Positions 1 to 9,812 of a DNA stretch of 64,000 nt are shown here, one piece after another; the first letter of the stretch is position 1; each line of letters opens with the position of its first letter. Source of the DNA: a virus. The stretch spans positions 8,924 through 72,923 of IMG/VR virus record IMGVR_UViG_3300012001_000008, one strand, 5' to 3'. The notes under the pieces are model-generated. The model had not been told where the DNA came from, made no database searches, and worked only from the letters and a program-made list of their open reading frames with translations. Both the position numbers and the translations under genes were made by a program.

Positions 1-49
1 AGAAAGCGTCTGAGGGCTATTTTAGATTGTGTCGCCTAGCTAGGATTTG

Positions 50-703
50 TTATTTTGTTTCTTCGTTCTCTTTTTGCATGGCTTTAGTAAAGTAATTACT
101 TGTACTCATGCTTGGCGCTGAACTCATAGAGCGAGTTGCAGTCGATAGGCTTGCAAACATTACTGTCGAGCCTACATCTGTGGCATTAAAGTTACTGGTA
201 TTATTAACCGTGTAACCGTAAGTAGCAGAGGTGGCAAATGAGTCTTGGTTTGCACCAAGGTAGACGAATGTCCAGTTGCCTTCTTTTTCGTACTGAGCTT
301 TTAGCTCTTTCATGTCGTTAGCTTTGTACTTCTTAGAAGCATTCTCTCCACCATCTGTTAGTACGACGAATAGGTGTTTCTCGTCTTTCTTGCCTTTTGC
401 AGCCTTGAGGGTTGTCACGAAAGCATCGTGTAGGGGCGTACCACCATTTGGTGTGTACATTTCAGTTGTTAGTTCTGGTACGTCATCAACCCACGCATCT
501 TCGTGAATCTTTTTAAGACGTAGTTCTCCGTCATAACCACTGTCGAATGCAGTGAGGCTAAGTTTATACTTGCCACCATCATTCTTGAGAGAGTTGACGT
601 ACTCGTTATAGCCATCAATCGTTGCCTTACGGACAGAACTCATAGAGCCTGATGCGTCTAGCAAGACATGTACTACAGTTGCCACTTTAGAAGGATTCGT
701 CAT
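50..703 (-). CDS. von Willebrand factor A (vWA) domain protein; may really start at 810 across a 1-nt indel
   Basis: MIDAS motif DASGSM, GGTPLHDA, LTDGGEN. Confidence 0.85.
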   Translation of the reverse strand: MTNPSKVATVVHVLLDASGSMSSVRKATIDGYNEYVNSLKNDGGKYKLSLTAFDSGYDGELRLKKIHEDAWVDDVPELTTEMYTPNGGTPLHDAFVTTLKAAKGKKDEKHLFVVLTDGGENASKKYKANDMKELKAQYEKEGNWTFVYLGANQDSFATSATYGYTVNNTSNFNATDVGSTVMFASLSTATRSMSSAPSMSTSNYFTKAMQKENEETK

Positions 704-975
704 CTTACCTTTATTAAAGGCAATCGCGCGAGCTTCCTGTGGTGTTAGTACGCCTTGGTCAATCAGCTTGCTTAGTTTCGCTTGCTGTTGGCGTTTGTTT
801 TAGTGTCCATGTTAAATCTTTATTCATATTCGTATTCTTCTTCTTCGTAGTTTTAGTTTAACTAGGACGACACATATCTAATTGTTAAGGTGTAGCGCGT
901 TTCGTTCCCCTAGCTATGCTGGGTTATATCGGATACGCGACCTGCCGTATCTCGCTACTTCTTTATTATAGCAGT

Positions 976-1119
976 TTACTGGCAACCTTCGCAAGCTGTC
1001 GCGTCCGCTGGGTCTACAAGTGCATCGAGGAAGTTACGTTCGCGGGCTGGGTCGTTCTTTGCTTCTTCCATAGCGAGTTCAATTTTCTTTAGCATTTCTT
1101 CGAGGTCTGTTTGTGACAT
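976..1119 (-). CDS. 47-aa peptide ending in DPADATACEGCQ, resembling a ribonucleotide-reductase alpha C-terminal CxxC tail
   Basis: Manual translation MSQTDLEEMLKKIELAMEEAKNDPARERNFLDALVDPADATACEGCQ; start overlaps the glutaredoxin stop (TAATG). Confidence 0.75.
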   Translation of the reverse strand: MSQTDLEEMLKKIELAMEEAKNDPARERNFLDALVDPADATACEGCQ

Positions 1120-1343
1120 TATAGTAGTCCTAGTATTTTAGAAGGTTGGAATCCGATAACGAAGTCTGTCCCATTTGTTGTTATTGGTACGGTTTGCATT
1201 CCGTCAGTTAGCTTGAAGGCTTCTGCTTGCATCTCTGGCTGTTCGTCAAGGTTTATTGCCTCATACGCGACACCTTTGAGGTCAAGAAGTTTCTTTACCA
1301 TGGCACAGTATGCGCAGGCGGTTGTAGTATAGATTTTTAGCAT
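1119..1343 (-). CDS. Glutaredoxin/NrdH-like redoxin
   Basis: IYTTTACAYC (CxxC), TVP cis-Pro, IGF; start reassigned to ATG 1343. Confidence 0.85.
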   Translation of the reverse strand: MLKIYTTTACAYCAMVKKLLDLKGVAYEAINLDEQPEMQAEAFKLTDGMQTVPITTNGTDFVIGFQPSKILGLL

Positions 1344-1472
1344 CCCAGCTCTCCTTTTTGAGTGAAAAAAATATATCCCCTGAACCAGGACATACCTTTT
1401 ATTTTTTATTCTATATCTAATTATACTCCACGCATAGTAGAAAATATAGCTAAGAAAATGCGAAGATTGGGC

Positions 1473-1501
1473 TTGTGTTTTTTGACAAATGAGAGCATAA
1501 T
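1473..1501 (+). promoter_or_regulatory. Early-type sigma70-like promoter TTGTGT-N17-CATAAT
   Basis: Exact match to the motif found 11 times; followed by AAGAAAGGCT and ATG 1535. Confidence 0.8.
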
Positions 1502-1534
1502 TCATAGTATAAGTAAATTAAGAAAGGCTTATAA

Positions 1535-1702
1535 ATGAACGAACCAGTACATATCGACGAAAACGATAACGTAGTTATAAACATAAATGCGATTTCACCT
1601 TCATCGAAGATATATACGCACTGTAAAGAGTGTGGATGTGAATTGTTCGGTGGGGAACGCCAAGGAGAGGATGCAAATGGATACTGCGACACCTGTAATT
1701 AG
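1535..1702 (+). CDS. 55-aa zinc-finger protein
   Basis: Manual translation with CKEC...CDTC; RBS AAGAAAGG at 1520. Confidence 0.65.
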   Translation: MNEPVHIDENDNVVININAISPSSKIYTHCKECGCELFGGERQGEDANGYCDTCN

Positions 1703-1718
1703 TACTTGGGATAAAGTA

Positions 1719-2039
1719 ATGGCGATGAAGCCAAAAGACACTCGACATAAGGGCGTTGCTAACACGCTGACTATGGACGAGCTACAATGTGTCCTCGGAA
1801 CAATTGACTACTTCGGCGGTAGTGTTCAGCAAGCTATGTTCGACTTAAATATGGCTAAGTACCGTGTGTTTGACTTCCTCGGTATGTGTGTTATGGGCGA
1901 CCGTGTATCAAGCACCGACGCTACAAAGGTTTTAGTCTTCTCGTTCCTAAAGGTTGATGGTGACATTAACAAATGGCTCGAAGATTTACAAACAACAGAT
2001 TACGATATGGACGAATCTTGGAAGGAGATTAAACTATAA
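1719..2039 (+). CDS. Hypothetical protein
   Basis: 3' part of ORF 1587..2039; TAATG coupling to next gene; start uncertain. Confidence 0.55.
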   Translation: MAMKPKDTRHKGVANTLTMDELQCVLGTIDYFGGSVQQAMFDLNMAKYRVFDFLGMCVMGDRVSSTDATKVLVFSFLKVDGDINKWLEDLQTTDYDMDESWKEIKL

Positions 2040-2620
2040 TGCCAAACCACATAACAACCCAAGTAGAGATTAGCGGTACGAAGGAACAAATCGCTGACCT
2101 CGTCGAAAAGACAAAGATTATCCGCGACGGTGAAGCAACTGATAACCAGTTTGACTTCAATGGTATTGTAAAAATGCCAGAGGAGCTACTTAACACCACC
2201 TCGCCAACTGATGTTGTAGAGACGCAGGAGGAGGCAGATAGGCTTAATACTGAGAAGCGTGAGCTTTGGGAAAAGAATAAGTATGGTAGCTACACAGATA
2301 AGGCTATCTCTAAAGCAGAGAGCGAGCGCCGTCTTAAGGAATATGGAGCAGTCAACTGGTACGACTGGTCTTACCCGAACTGGGGTACGAAGTGGAATGC
2401 CTACGATGTTCACTATACTGATGGCAACGACACTAAGATTGTTATTCAGATTGATACTGCATGGAATACACCTACAGCTATCTGGGAAGCGCTAGAAGAA
2501 AAAGGCTATACCGTTAAGGGTGTTATGTACGGCGAGATGGAAGGCTTTGAGTATATTGGCGAGGGTGCAGATGAAGTGTGGGAAGCCTACACTAGCGTTG
2601 AAGTCGATTACATCGGCTAA
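2039..2620 (+). CDS. DUF1281/YubB ferredoxin-like family protein
   Basis: MPNH start, FDFNGIVKMP, WYDW..NWGTKWNA, DTAW motifs. Confidence 0.75.
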   Translation: MPNHITTQVEISGTKEQIADLVEKTKIIRDGEATDNQFDFNGIVKMPEELLNTTSPTDVVETQEEADRLNTEKRELWEKNKYGSYTDKAISKAESERRLKEYGAVNWYDWSYPNWGTKWNAYDVHYTDGNDTKIVIQIDTAWNTPTAIWEALEEKGYTVKGVMYGEMEGFEYIGEGADEVWEAYTSVEVDYIG

Positions 2621-2621
2621 C

Positions 2622-2652
2622 AAAAAGAAGCCGACATTGAGCCGACTTCTTA
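2622..2652 (-). terminator. Intrinsic terminator ending the late operon
   Basis: Minus strand AAGAAGTCGGC-loop-GTCGGCTTCTT followed by a T run, between convergent genes. Confidence 0.7.
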
Positions 2653-2668
2653 ATTGAGGCTTCCACCC

Positions 2669-2965
2669 TTATGCTTGTGTCTTGTTTGACAAAGCTTGGT
2701 AGCCTGTTGAGTTGCGCAGGGTCATGTTGTATGTGATAGCTGCAAGAACTGATACAGTCCCTACATAAGCAATCCAATTCAATACGCCCGCAAGCGTTAC
2801 CGCTGTCTGCCATGTTACGATGACCGACGCTAGAAGACTCAGTACGACGTTTGTCAGTACTGGGTACTTGTTAGCGAGGTATACAGGGATAACATTTAGT
2901 TTCAAAATTGCCTGCACTGCTACAACTGCGAGAGCTGCTAGTGCTGTGATTGTTGCAAAATCCAT
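2669..2965 (-). CDS. Putative holin
   Basis: 98 aa, three hydrophobic segments, directly downstream of the endolysin. Confidence 0.65.
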   Translation of the reverse strand: MDFATITALAALAVVAVQAILKLNVIPVYLANKYPVLTNVVLSLLASVIVTWQTAVTLAGVLNWIAYVGTVSVLAAITYNMTLRNSTGYQALSNKTQA

Positions 2966-2978
2966 AATTTACTTCCTT

Positions 2979-4217
2979 TTATTTCTTAAATGTGAATGAC
3001 GACAAGAACTTCATCACTAGTTCGAAGACTCGTGTGAGCCAGCTTTTGGCTGTTTCGCCATTTACTGGGTCGATAGGGTCTACTACTGGTGGAGTTGGAG
3101 CGACGTATGAGCCTACAGAGATTACCTCTGCGATAGGCGCTGTTGTTACAGAGTCAGACTTAACGACGCGAGCAGTTTCTACGCCATCTGTGTAAGTGAC
3201 CGTGTAAACGGTTGTACGCACACCATTAACGCCAGCTTGTGTGACTTTTTCTTGTCCGAGTGGGAGAGTAGCATCGGTTACTTTTGATGAAGAGAACGTC
3301 ACAACCTGTGTTGTAGATACTTCTTTTGTCTCAATAACTGGGGCGACAACAAGTTCGAGGTCTACTTTATTAACACCAGTAGTCGCTTTTGGGGTTCCTG
3401 TTGTATCAGCAGTGCCGAATGAATAAGCAGTCATGTAGTATTCGCTACCTGTCTTGTAGACAGCCTTACCAACGATGTCGATAGTATCGCCAGCATTGAA
3501 TGACTTAGATACAGTGAATTGAGCCTGTGTGTCAAAGTTAAAGTTCCATAGGTTTGCATTACGAATGAAACGATATGTTCCAGGAGCAATCTTCTGGTAG
3601 CTTTGCACAGCTGGTGTTGGAGCTGGTGGAGTAACAACTGGTGGGGGAGTCACGACAACAGGGGCTGTATTAACATAATTAACAACTGTGTCACGCATTT
3701 CCATAATACGAGCAGGGCATTGTGTACCAAGCTGTGATACTTCTAGGTGTCCGTAGACGGTAGTAGCACCACCGAGTTCTTGGTCGCGTCCACGCCACCA
3801 CTCACCGAGTACTTTAGCGTCTCCGTCGCGGAGTGTGTAGTTACGGTAGTCGCCGAGGTTCTCGATACCGATTGATGAACAGTTAACTGCCCAGTTACCA
3901 GCGTGCCATGTAATCTGTCCCCAGACATCATCTACAAGCTGTACAAGACGATAACCAGCTGCACGTTCAGCATCTGTCGCGTCAGGAGTTGTCCCGTCTA
4001 CGCGCTGTCCAGCGAAGTGAGCCTGCGAGTATGAGCGAGCGCCTGTGTATGGGTTAGTTAGACCAGACCAGTTAGCGGCATCAGAGCCATAAGCTCGCGC
4101 GAAGCCGTTATCAGAAAACCACTGAGCGATTTCTGGCTTAGATTTCTCTTCCCATGTAGGAGTAACAGCATGGTGAAGAACAAGCTTGTTGACAAGTGTT
4201 CGGTTAGCGTCTGCCAT
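2979..4217 (-). CDS. Endolysin: N-acetylmuramoyl-L-alanine amidase (Amidase_2) with C-terminal G5 domain
   Basis: LHHA, WHAG, SIGIE, GH...CP zinc-amidase motifs; Pro-rich linker; G5-like QAGVNGVRTTVYTVTYTDG...EVISVG. Confidence 0.8.
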   Translation of the reverse strand: MADANRTLVNKLVLHHAVTPTWEEKSKPEIAQWFSDNGFARAYGSDAANWSGLTNPYTGARSYSQAHFAGQRVDGTTPDATDAERAAGYRLVQLVDDVWGQITWHAGNWAVNCSSIGIENLGDYRNYTLRDGDAKVLGEWWRGRDQELGGATTVYGHLEVSQLGTQCPARIMEMRDTVVNYVNTAPVVVTPPPVVTPPAPTPAVQSYQKIAPGTYRFIRNANLWNFNFDTQAQFTVSKSFNAGDTIDIVGKAVYKTGSEYYMTAYSFGTADTTGTPKATTGVNKVDLELVVAPVIETKEVSTTQVVTFSSSKVTDATLPLGQEKVTQAGVNGVRTTVYTVTYTDGVETARVVKSDSVTTAPIAEVISVGSYVAPTPPVVDPIDPVNGETAKSWLTRVFELVMKFLSSFTFKK

Positions 4218-4408
4218 TACGCGGTCGCCTTTGGGTCATTAAGTTTCTTGCCTGGAAGATTCTTCCAAACAGCCTCAGGAATAACACCCTGACCACGGTT
4301 AACAAACTCCTTACCTTGTGAGGTTTGAGATACAGTTTTCTTTTCGTCTTGAGCTGTTGCTTTCGCCACGAGCTTTTCAACTTCTTGTTTTGTTGGTGCT
4401 TTTGCCAT
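4217..4408 (-). CDS. Small basic hypothetical protein
   Basis: 63-aa ORF with AAGGA RBS, TAATG-coupled to the endolysin. Confidence 0.6.
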   Translation of the reverse strand: MAKAPTKQEVEKLVAKATAQDEKKTVSQTSQGKEFVNRGQGVIPEAVWKNLPGKKLNDPKATA

Positions 4409-4448
4409 AGTTTTTTTATTCCTTTACTTATCTTATTATCTCATACGA

Positions 4449-5141
4449 CTAGAAATGTATGTTTAGTCCACCGCCACCAAGTGCCTTAACGAGTCCTGGA
4501 ATGAGTCCGTTACTACTGCTACCGCTCCCCTTAGTAGTCTTACTATTGGAACTATTATTAGTCGTAGATTGTTGGCTATTGCTCCCCTGCACAGGAGTTG
4601 TCGTTGGGTTAGCATCTAGTTGTGCCTGAATCTGTGCCTGTAATTCCTTATTAGCATTTATAAGCGCTTCAATGTCCTGTGAAACTGTCGCCCCATTAAT
4701 CTTGAAAGAATCAGATGTAGCGGTAACGGTGATAGGCTTTCTCAATGGTATAACAGAGTATATACCGCTAACCTGTAGTTGGTATGTCCCAGCTGGCGTT
4801 GAGTAAGGAATGATGAGTGTGCTTGTTGAGTCTTCACACCCCTCTTTACTCGTAAGTGTGTCGGCGCTGAGGTTGATTGGGGTTAGAGTTTTATCACTGA
4901 TTGATACGAGTCTGCGAGTAATGGTTGTGAGGACACTATCTCCGACATAACGACAACTATGAATCTTATATGTAAGCTCGTGACCAGCATATAGAGCTGT
5001 AGCGTCCTTTATTGCTGGTTTATCGTACTCAGCTGGGACAATTGGCGCGAATAGTGGGAAGGCTACCAGTAGTGTCAGGATTACGAGCATAAGCGCATTA
5101 AGATGCGTTACAGTTAGTAGTTTTTTAAGCTTATCTTTCAT
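4449..5141 (-). CDS. Membrane-anchored protein with beta-rich ectodomain (lysis region)
   Basis: N-terminal TM helix, GGAGG RBS before ATG 5141, Ser/Asn-rich tail. Confidence 0.6.
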   Translation of the reverse strand: MKDKLKKLLTVTHLNALMLVILTLLVAFPLFAPIVPAEYDKPAIKDATALYAGHELTYKIHSCRYVGDSVLTTITRRLVSISDKTLTPINLSADTLTSKEGCEDSTSTLIIPYSTPAGTYQLQVSGIYSVIPLRKPITVTATSDSFKINGATVSQDIEALINANKELQAQIQAQLDANPTTTPVQGSNSQQSTTNNSSNSKTTKGSGSSSNGLIPGLVKALGGGGLNIHF

Positions 5142-5142
5142 T

Positions 5143-5532
5143 TTAACCTCCAATAGGTACGAAGTGCCCAATTAGGGCGACAACAGCAGCTGCGAGTAGA
5201 AGAAGAACAAGGAATGTTGTCCATCTGCTTACAAGTGCGTTCGAGAAGTTAATTCCAGGCTTCTTGTCCTGAATATATGTCTCTGTTGCAAGGAATCGTT
5301 TGTTCATCTGGTCTGTGAACTCGTCCTTCCACTTTTGTTCATCTTGCTTAAACTGGTCAAAATCTACTTTAGATACTACAGATAGACCATTGATTTTAGC
5401 AAGGACATCTTCGCCATTCTTTTTGACAGCGCTTAAATCCTGCTTTAAGAGGGCGATGTCAGTTTGCATAGTCGGAATAGAGGCGACGAAGGTATTTACC
5501 ATCTCTTCCTGTGCTTGTTTTTGAGTCGTCAT
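5143..5532 (-). CDS. Coiled-coil protein with C-terminal TM helix (holin/antiholin-like)
   Basis: Heptad-like N-terminus, C-terminal FLVLLLLAAAVVALIG; between tail and lysis genes. Confidence 0.55.
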   Translation of the reverse strand: MTTQKQAQEEMVNTFVASIPTMQTDIALLKQDLSAVKKNGEDVLAKINGLSVVSKVDFDQFKQDEQKWKDEFTDQMNKRFLATETYIQDKKPGINFSNALVSRWTTFLVLLLLAAAVVALIGHFVPIGG

Positions 5533-5579
5533 TAATTGTTAACTTTCATGTGTTTGTTTTTATCCTACATCTAATTATA

Positions 5580-5957
5580 CTAGATGTACGACGCCTTGCT
5601 TACTGGAACAAGTTGAATCAAGACTTGACCGTAGGTACACTCGTTAAGAAGCGTAACATAGTGGTCGGCAGCATAAAAGTTTGCAGTTTTTTCACTACTA
5701 GTTTGAGTATCCCAATAAGTAACAGAGAAGTATGCAGCATTTACGGCAGACGATAGTGATTGCGCCTTTGCAAATGAAAGTTTTGTGGTCTTTATATCAA
5801 TGTTTGGGAAGATACCGATAAGGGTAGCAATAACAGTACCATTCATATTACGGTCTGCGTTCTTCCATAGCTTTGCATATGTTAGTTTGTAAGATTCAAT
5901 CTCGCCAGTGTTAAGTGTGACGCCATTGATTGTGATGATAGGGTTAGTTACTGACAT
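5580..5957 (-). CDS. Distal tail (Dit-like) protein
   Basis: Directly after tape measure; ADRNMNGT and VTYWD motifs of small siphophage Dit-like proteins. Confidence 0.65.
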   Translation of the reverse strand: MSVTNPIITINGVTLNTGEIESYKLTYAKLWKNADRNMNGTVIATLIGIFPNIDIKTTKLSFAKAQSLSSAVNAAYFSVTYWDTQTSSEKTANFYAADHYVTLLNECTYGQVLIQLVPVSKASYI

Positions 5958-5959
5958 GT

Positions 5960-8900
5960 TTATACCAAAATGCTGTTCCGACCACTCATTTGGGTCTTTT
6001 CGTTAATAAGGTCGATAATCTTTGTGGCAATCTTATCTTCACCAATTTGTACGGTTAGGTTAATTGGCTGTCCATTGCTACCACCGTTTGAAGCATTAAT
6101 CTTCTCGGCGAGCATATCAATCCAACCAGTGTTGTTCTCAAGAGGCATGACAGCCTCTGTTCCTGCTTCACCGATAATTGCGTTTGTAGGTTTGTTTACG
6201 ATACCACCCTTTGCCAAGCGAGGAAGAACTAGGTGAGGCATCTTGCCAATACTTACACCTGGAATCTTGTTGATAAGGTCGATAGCACCGTTAATCAGGT
6301 CAACAACCGTGTTAACGATTCCTGATACCGCGTTAAGAACTGTGTTCACAACTGTCTTGAACGCGCCACCGATAGCATTACCAATAGTTGTACCAATCGA
6401 ACCAAAGATACCTGTAATAGTATTCCAGATACTCTGGAAGAAGCCTGTGACCGCGCTAAAGGCTACCTTAATGCCATTCCATGCAGCTCCGAATACCCCT
6501 GCGAAGAATCCAATGATAGGGTTGAAAACGCCCATAATGAAGTTGATTATTCCGACATAGAAGGAGATATAGGCACTAAAGGCAGCAACAATGAAGTTCC
6601 ATGCGTTTGTGAATACCGTCTTGAAGAAGTTGGCTATAGGTGTAAATACTCCCACAATGAAGTTAACAATGGCGGTGAATATGGCGTTAATCTGTGTCTG
6701 GAAGGTTAAGTAAAATCCTATGGCAAGCGAGAATGGTAGGAACAATATTGCTAGGATTGTGATTCCCCATTGGTTAATGAAGGCAGCGATAGCGTTAAAG
6801 ATTGTAGAGAAGAAGTTACCAATACCTGTTAGAACTCCGCCAATAAAGCTTCCAATTGCTGTAAATAGTCCTGTAATGAAGGCTCCGACGTTAGCTACAA
6901 TACCCTGTATGAAGCCCCATATTGTACCCCAGTTCTGCCACAGGAGGATAACAATTGCAATAATAGCAACAATCGCAATGACGATTAGGAACATAGATAG
7001 TTGAAGCACGGTTATACCAAGAGCAGCTGCGATGGCTGAGATACCAAATACCGCAAGTGCGATAGCGATAACACCAACTACAACAGCGAATCCGATTAGG
7101 AATGGAACAGGATTGGAGCTAATGAACTTACCAATCGTTTCGAATGGGTTAGGAACGCCCTTGCCCAAGTCGCCCTTAAGTGCGTCGAAGTTCTTTGTCA
7201 TATCCGCAAGAGACTTGTCAAAAGCGCCTGTGTCAATATTTGGTGAGCCAAGAGCGCCAGCTGGTCCAGATAGGTTTGGAAGCGAAGGAAGACCAGGAAT
7301 ACCCATGCCCGTCTTTGGTCCGAGGACATTCATCTTGTCAAATGAAGCAAGCTGTCCTTGCGCACCCTGAGCATTATCGCCGACTTGCTTGAGAGAGTCG
7401 TTAAGGGCAGAAAGACCACCAGTACTGGTCTTGTTACCAGCACCATTGACTGCTGTAAGTTGCTTCTGTAGACCACTTAGTGAACTACCGAAGCCAACCG
7501 CAGAACCTTGTGCAGTATTAGTAGAGCTAGAGAATACTCCAAGCATACCGAGGATAATAAGTACACCAGCAGCTAGAAGTAGGAGTGGAAGTAGAGCAGC
7601 TTGTAGAATAAGCGCACCAGTAGCCGCTACGGTCAAGCCACCACCAGCGACAACACCAGCAGCTCCAACGCCAGCAACAGCAGGGATAGTAGCAGTACCA
7701 GCGGCAGCAAGTAGGTAGTTAAGGATGATGTAAGCAGCGATAATACCACCAACGATGATTAGGGCAGAACCAAGTGGTCCACCGATAACCGCGCCGAGAT
7801 AGATAAGCCCACCAGCAACTAGCAATCCTATAGAGGCAAGCACACCAAGCGCCTGAGCCATAACAAAGATTTGCTGTACACCGTTAATGATAACTGAACC
7901 AACAAGCTTGATGCTCTGGTATAGAGACGAGAAGTAGCCGATAAGCGGACGAATAGTAAGCGCGGAAGCAAGGAAGCTAACAATTAACTGCTGGATACTT
8001 GGGTCAAGCGTACCAATGACACCGATAACATTGAAGATTATCTTAAGCGCGATACCAAGGGCGTTTGCAACGCTTTGTACGGCGAGAGCAGTGAACTGGA
8101 ATAATGCCTGTAGCTGACCTTGTCCCTTAGCACTGTTTACCCAGGCTGTCATAGCGTTTACTATTCCAGTTAAGGTAGTGATAAGAGAAACTCCACTTAT
8201 TGCAGAGGATGCGAATATCGAACGTACGAAGCCAAATACAGCGCCAACAAGCGCCCCGATTTGCTGAATAGCAATGATACCTTCTTGGATTGCAATGTTA
8301 AGTGCAGTTTGACCCTTAGCAGAACTAAGATATGCAGCACCAGCAGTTGCAAGATTAACAAGGAATTGCGCAAGGAGCGATACATATGGGGCTGTGATGA
8401 GGTACAACTGCATAAAGATTGTGAACATTGGTTGTAGCGCACCAGTAAGGATATTAATAGTACGAGCAGTGTCTTGGAAGATTCTCGCTAGGAGACCAGC
8501 AAAGACAGGCTGTGATGCAATATTAGCAGCCTGTTTGAACATACCGTTTAATGCGCGACCAACGATTTGGAAACCAGCATTAACTGTTGGAAGGATTTGT
8601 GCGCCTAGTTGTAGTAGTGTCGAACCGACACCCTGTAGCATCGCCTGCTGGGTATTAAGCTTAACGCTATTGAAGGCTTTATTAAGACCACCGAGGGCGT
8701 ATGCTGTTGATTTAGCAGCTGGACCAAGATTAACCATCGCTTGACGGAAGGCTACTGGGTCATTCTTCTGGATTGCTTTGAATGCTTGTGAAAGACCAGA
8801 TAGACCAGTCTTAAATGTTAGAGCAGCAGCTCCACCTTGCGCAAGTACAGGCAAAAGAATAGAAACGGTTGAACCCGCAGCTACTAATGCACCACCAAGT

Positions 8901-9184
8901 TGTAGGACTGCACCAGATAGTGCAGCAACTCCAATAATGAGCGAGGTTGTTTGAAAACCTTGCATCGCAACACCGAAGTTGCGAATAGAAGACGCAGCAA
9001 CTTGTGCTGTCTTCCTAATATCTTTGAAGTTGTTTTCGGCTTTCTTGGTGTTTGCTCCACCAAGATTCTTCTTAATAGAAGCACCTGTAGCTTTCGAAGC
9101 AGCGTCAGCTTCAATAAGTCCGCGAATAAAAGCGGAAACATCAGCGTCGATGATATATTTTACTGTTTCGCCTTTGCCTGCCAT
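5960..9184 (-). CDS. Tape measure protein
   Basis: 1074 aa Ala/Gly/Ile-rich, periodic F/W repeats, LASFDKMNVL, C-terminal PRLAKGGIV...IGEAGTEAVMPL. Confidence 0.9.
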   Translation of the reverse strand: MAGKGETVKYIIDADVSAFIRGLIEADAASKATGASIKKNLGGANTKKAENNFKDIRKTAQVAASSIRNFGVAMQGFQTTSLIIGVAALSGAVLQLGGALVAAGSTVSILLPVLAQGGAAALTFKTGLSGLSQAFKAIQKNDPVAFRQAMVNLGPAAKSTAYALGGLNKAFNSVKLNTQQAMLQGVGSTLLQLGAQILPTVNAGFQIVGRALNGMFKQAANIASQPVFAGLLARIFQDTARTINILTGALQPMFTIFMQLYLITAPYVSLLAQFLVNLATAGAAYLSSAKGQTALNIAIQEGIIAIQQIGALVGAVFGFVRSIFASSAISGVSLITTLTGIVNAMTAWVNSAKGQGQLQALFQFTALAVQSVANALGIALKIIFNVIGVIGTLDPSIQQLIVSFLASALTIRPLIGYFSSLYQSIKLVGSVIINGVQQIFVMAQALGVLASIGLLVAGGLIYLGAVIGGPLGSALIIVGGIIAAYIILNYLLAAAGTATIPAVAGVGAAGVVAGGGLTVAATGALILQAALLPLLLLAAGVLIILGMLGVFSSSTNTAQGSAVGFGSSLSGLQKQLTAVNGAGNKTSTGGLSALNDSLKQVGDNAQGAQGQLASFDKMNVLGPKTGMGIPGLPSLPNLSGPAGALGSPNIDTGAFDKSLADMTKNFDALKGDLGKGVPNPFETIGKFISSNPVPFLIGFAVVVGVIAIALAVFGISAIAAALGITVLQLSMFLIVIAIVAIIAIVILLWQNWGTIWGFIQGIVANVGAFITGLFTAIGSFIGGVLTGIGNFFSTIFNAIAAFINQWGITILAILFLPFSLAIGFYLTFQTQINAIFTAIVNFIVGVFTPIANFFKTVFTNAWNFIVAAFSAYISFYVGIINFIMGVFNPIIGFFAGVFGAAWNGIKVAFSAVTGFFQSIWNTITGIFGSIGTTIGNAIGGAFKTVVNTVLNAVSGIVNTVVDLINGAIDLINKIPGVSIGKMPHLVLPRLAKGGIVNKPTNAIIGEAGTEAVMPLENNTGWIDMLAEKINASNGGSNGQPINLTVQIGEDKIATKIIDLINEKTQMSGRNSILV

Positions 9185-9186
9185 TT

Positions 9187-9486
9187 TTATTCCTTGAATA
9201 TCTTCTTAAAGTGGTCAAGAAGTTTTTTGACTCCCTGTCCGTTCTTGCTTTGTGGCGCGGATGCAATCATTGTGTAATTGTACATTCGCTCCGCTTCAAT
9301 ACGCTGTGCTGTCTTCATTAGAAGTAGAACATCCCTATAGGGAAGCACCTCTACCTCTTTAAGTGTGTACTGAGGGAAGTAGTATGCGATAGTCGCATAT
9401 AGTTGCCTGTTCTCGCCAGCAGTAGAGCTAGAGCTTCTTGCCGAAGAGACAGACTGAGCTTCTACAGTCTTGCCCTCAGGTTCCAT
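9187..9486 (-). CDS. Tail assembly chaperone, second ORF
   Basis: Position between chaperone and tape measure. Confidence 0.6.
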   Translation of the reverse strand: MEPEGKTVEAQSVSSARSSSSTAGENRQLYATIAYYFPQYTLKEVEVLPYRDVLLLMKTAQRIEAERMYNYTMIASAPQSKNGQGVKKLLDHFKKIFKE

Positions 9487-9491
9487 AGTGT

Positions 9492-9812
9492 CTACTCTAG
9501 GTTAATTTCTTTAGCCATCATCTTGCGGAAGTTGCGAACAACTGGCAATGGTTGAGACTCAAGAAGTGCGCTAATAGTATTTTCGTGACCGACTGGTGTT
9601 ACCAATTGGTTCATCTTTGCTTCACTAATGTCACTCTGCTTTTTAATTTCTTTCTCGTCTGCTTTTTCGTCAACGAGTTTCTGTAGCTCGATGTTCATTT
9701 CGCTTAATTCGCGCATTTCTGCGGTTGTAGGGTAGCGGAAAGAATACTCAAGCTCGCCAATTCTAAAAGTAAAGGCTTCTGCTGTGTTATCGGTAAGGTT
9801 ATATTGTGCCAT
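9492..9812 (-). CDS. Tail assembly chaperone
   Basis: 106 aa after the tail tube gene; YSFRYPT; AGGAG RBS. Confidence 0.65.
   Translation of the reverse strand: MAQYNLTDNTAEAFTFRIGELEYSFRYPTTAEMRELSEMNIELQKLVDEKADEKEIKKQSDISEAKMNQLVTPVGHENTISALLESQPLPVVRNFRKMMAKEINLE

Noticed and set aside
9480-9520. Classic -1 frameshift between the tail chaperone ORFs
   Set aside because: The second ORF is in the -1 frame, but that frame has a TAA just before the first stop and no XXXYYYZ heptamer follows it
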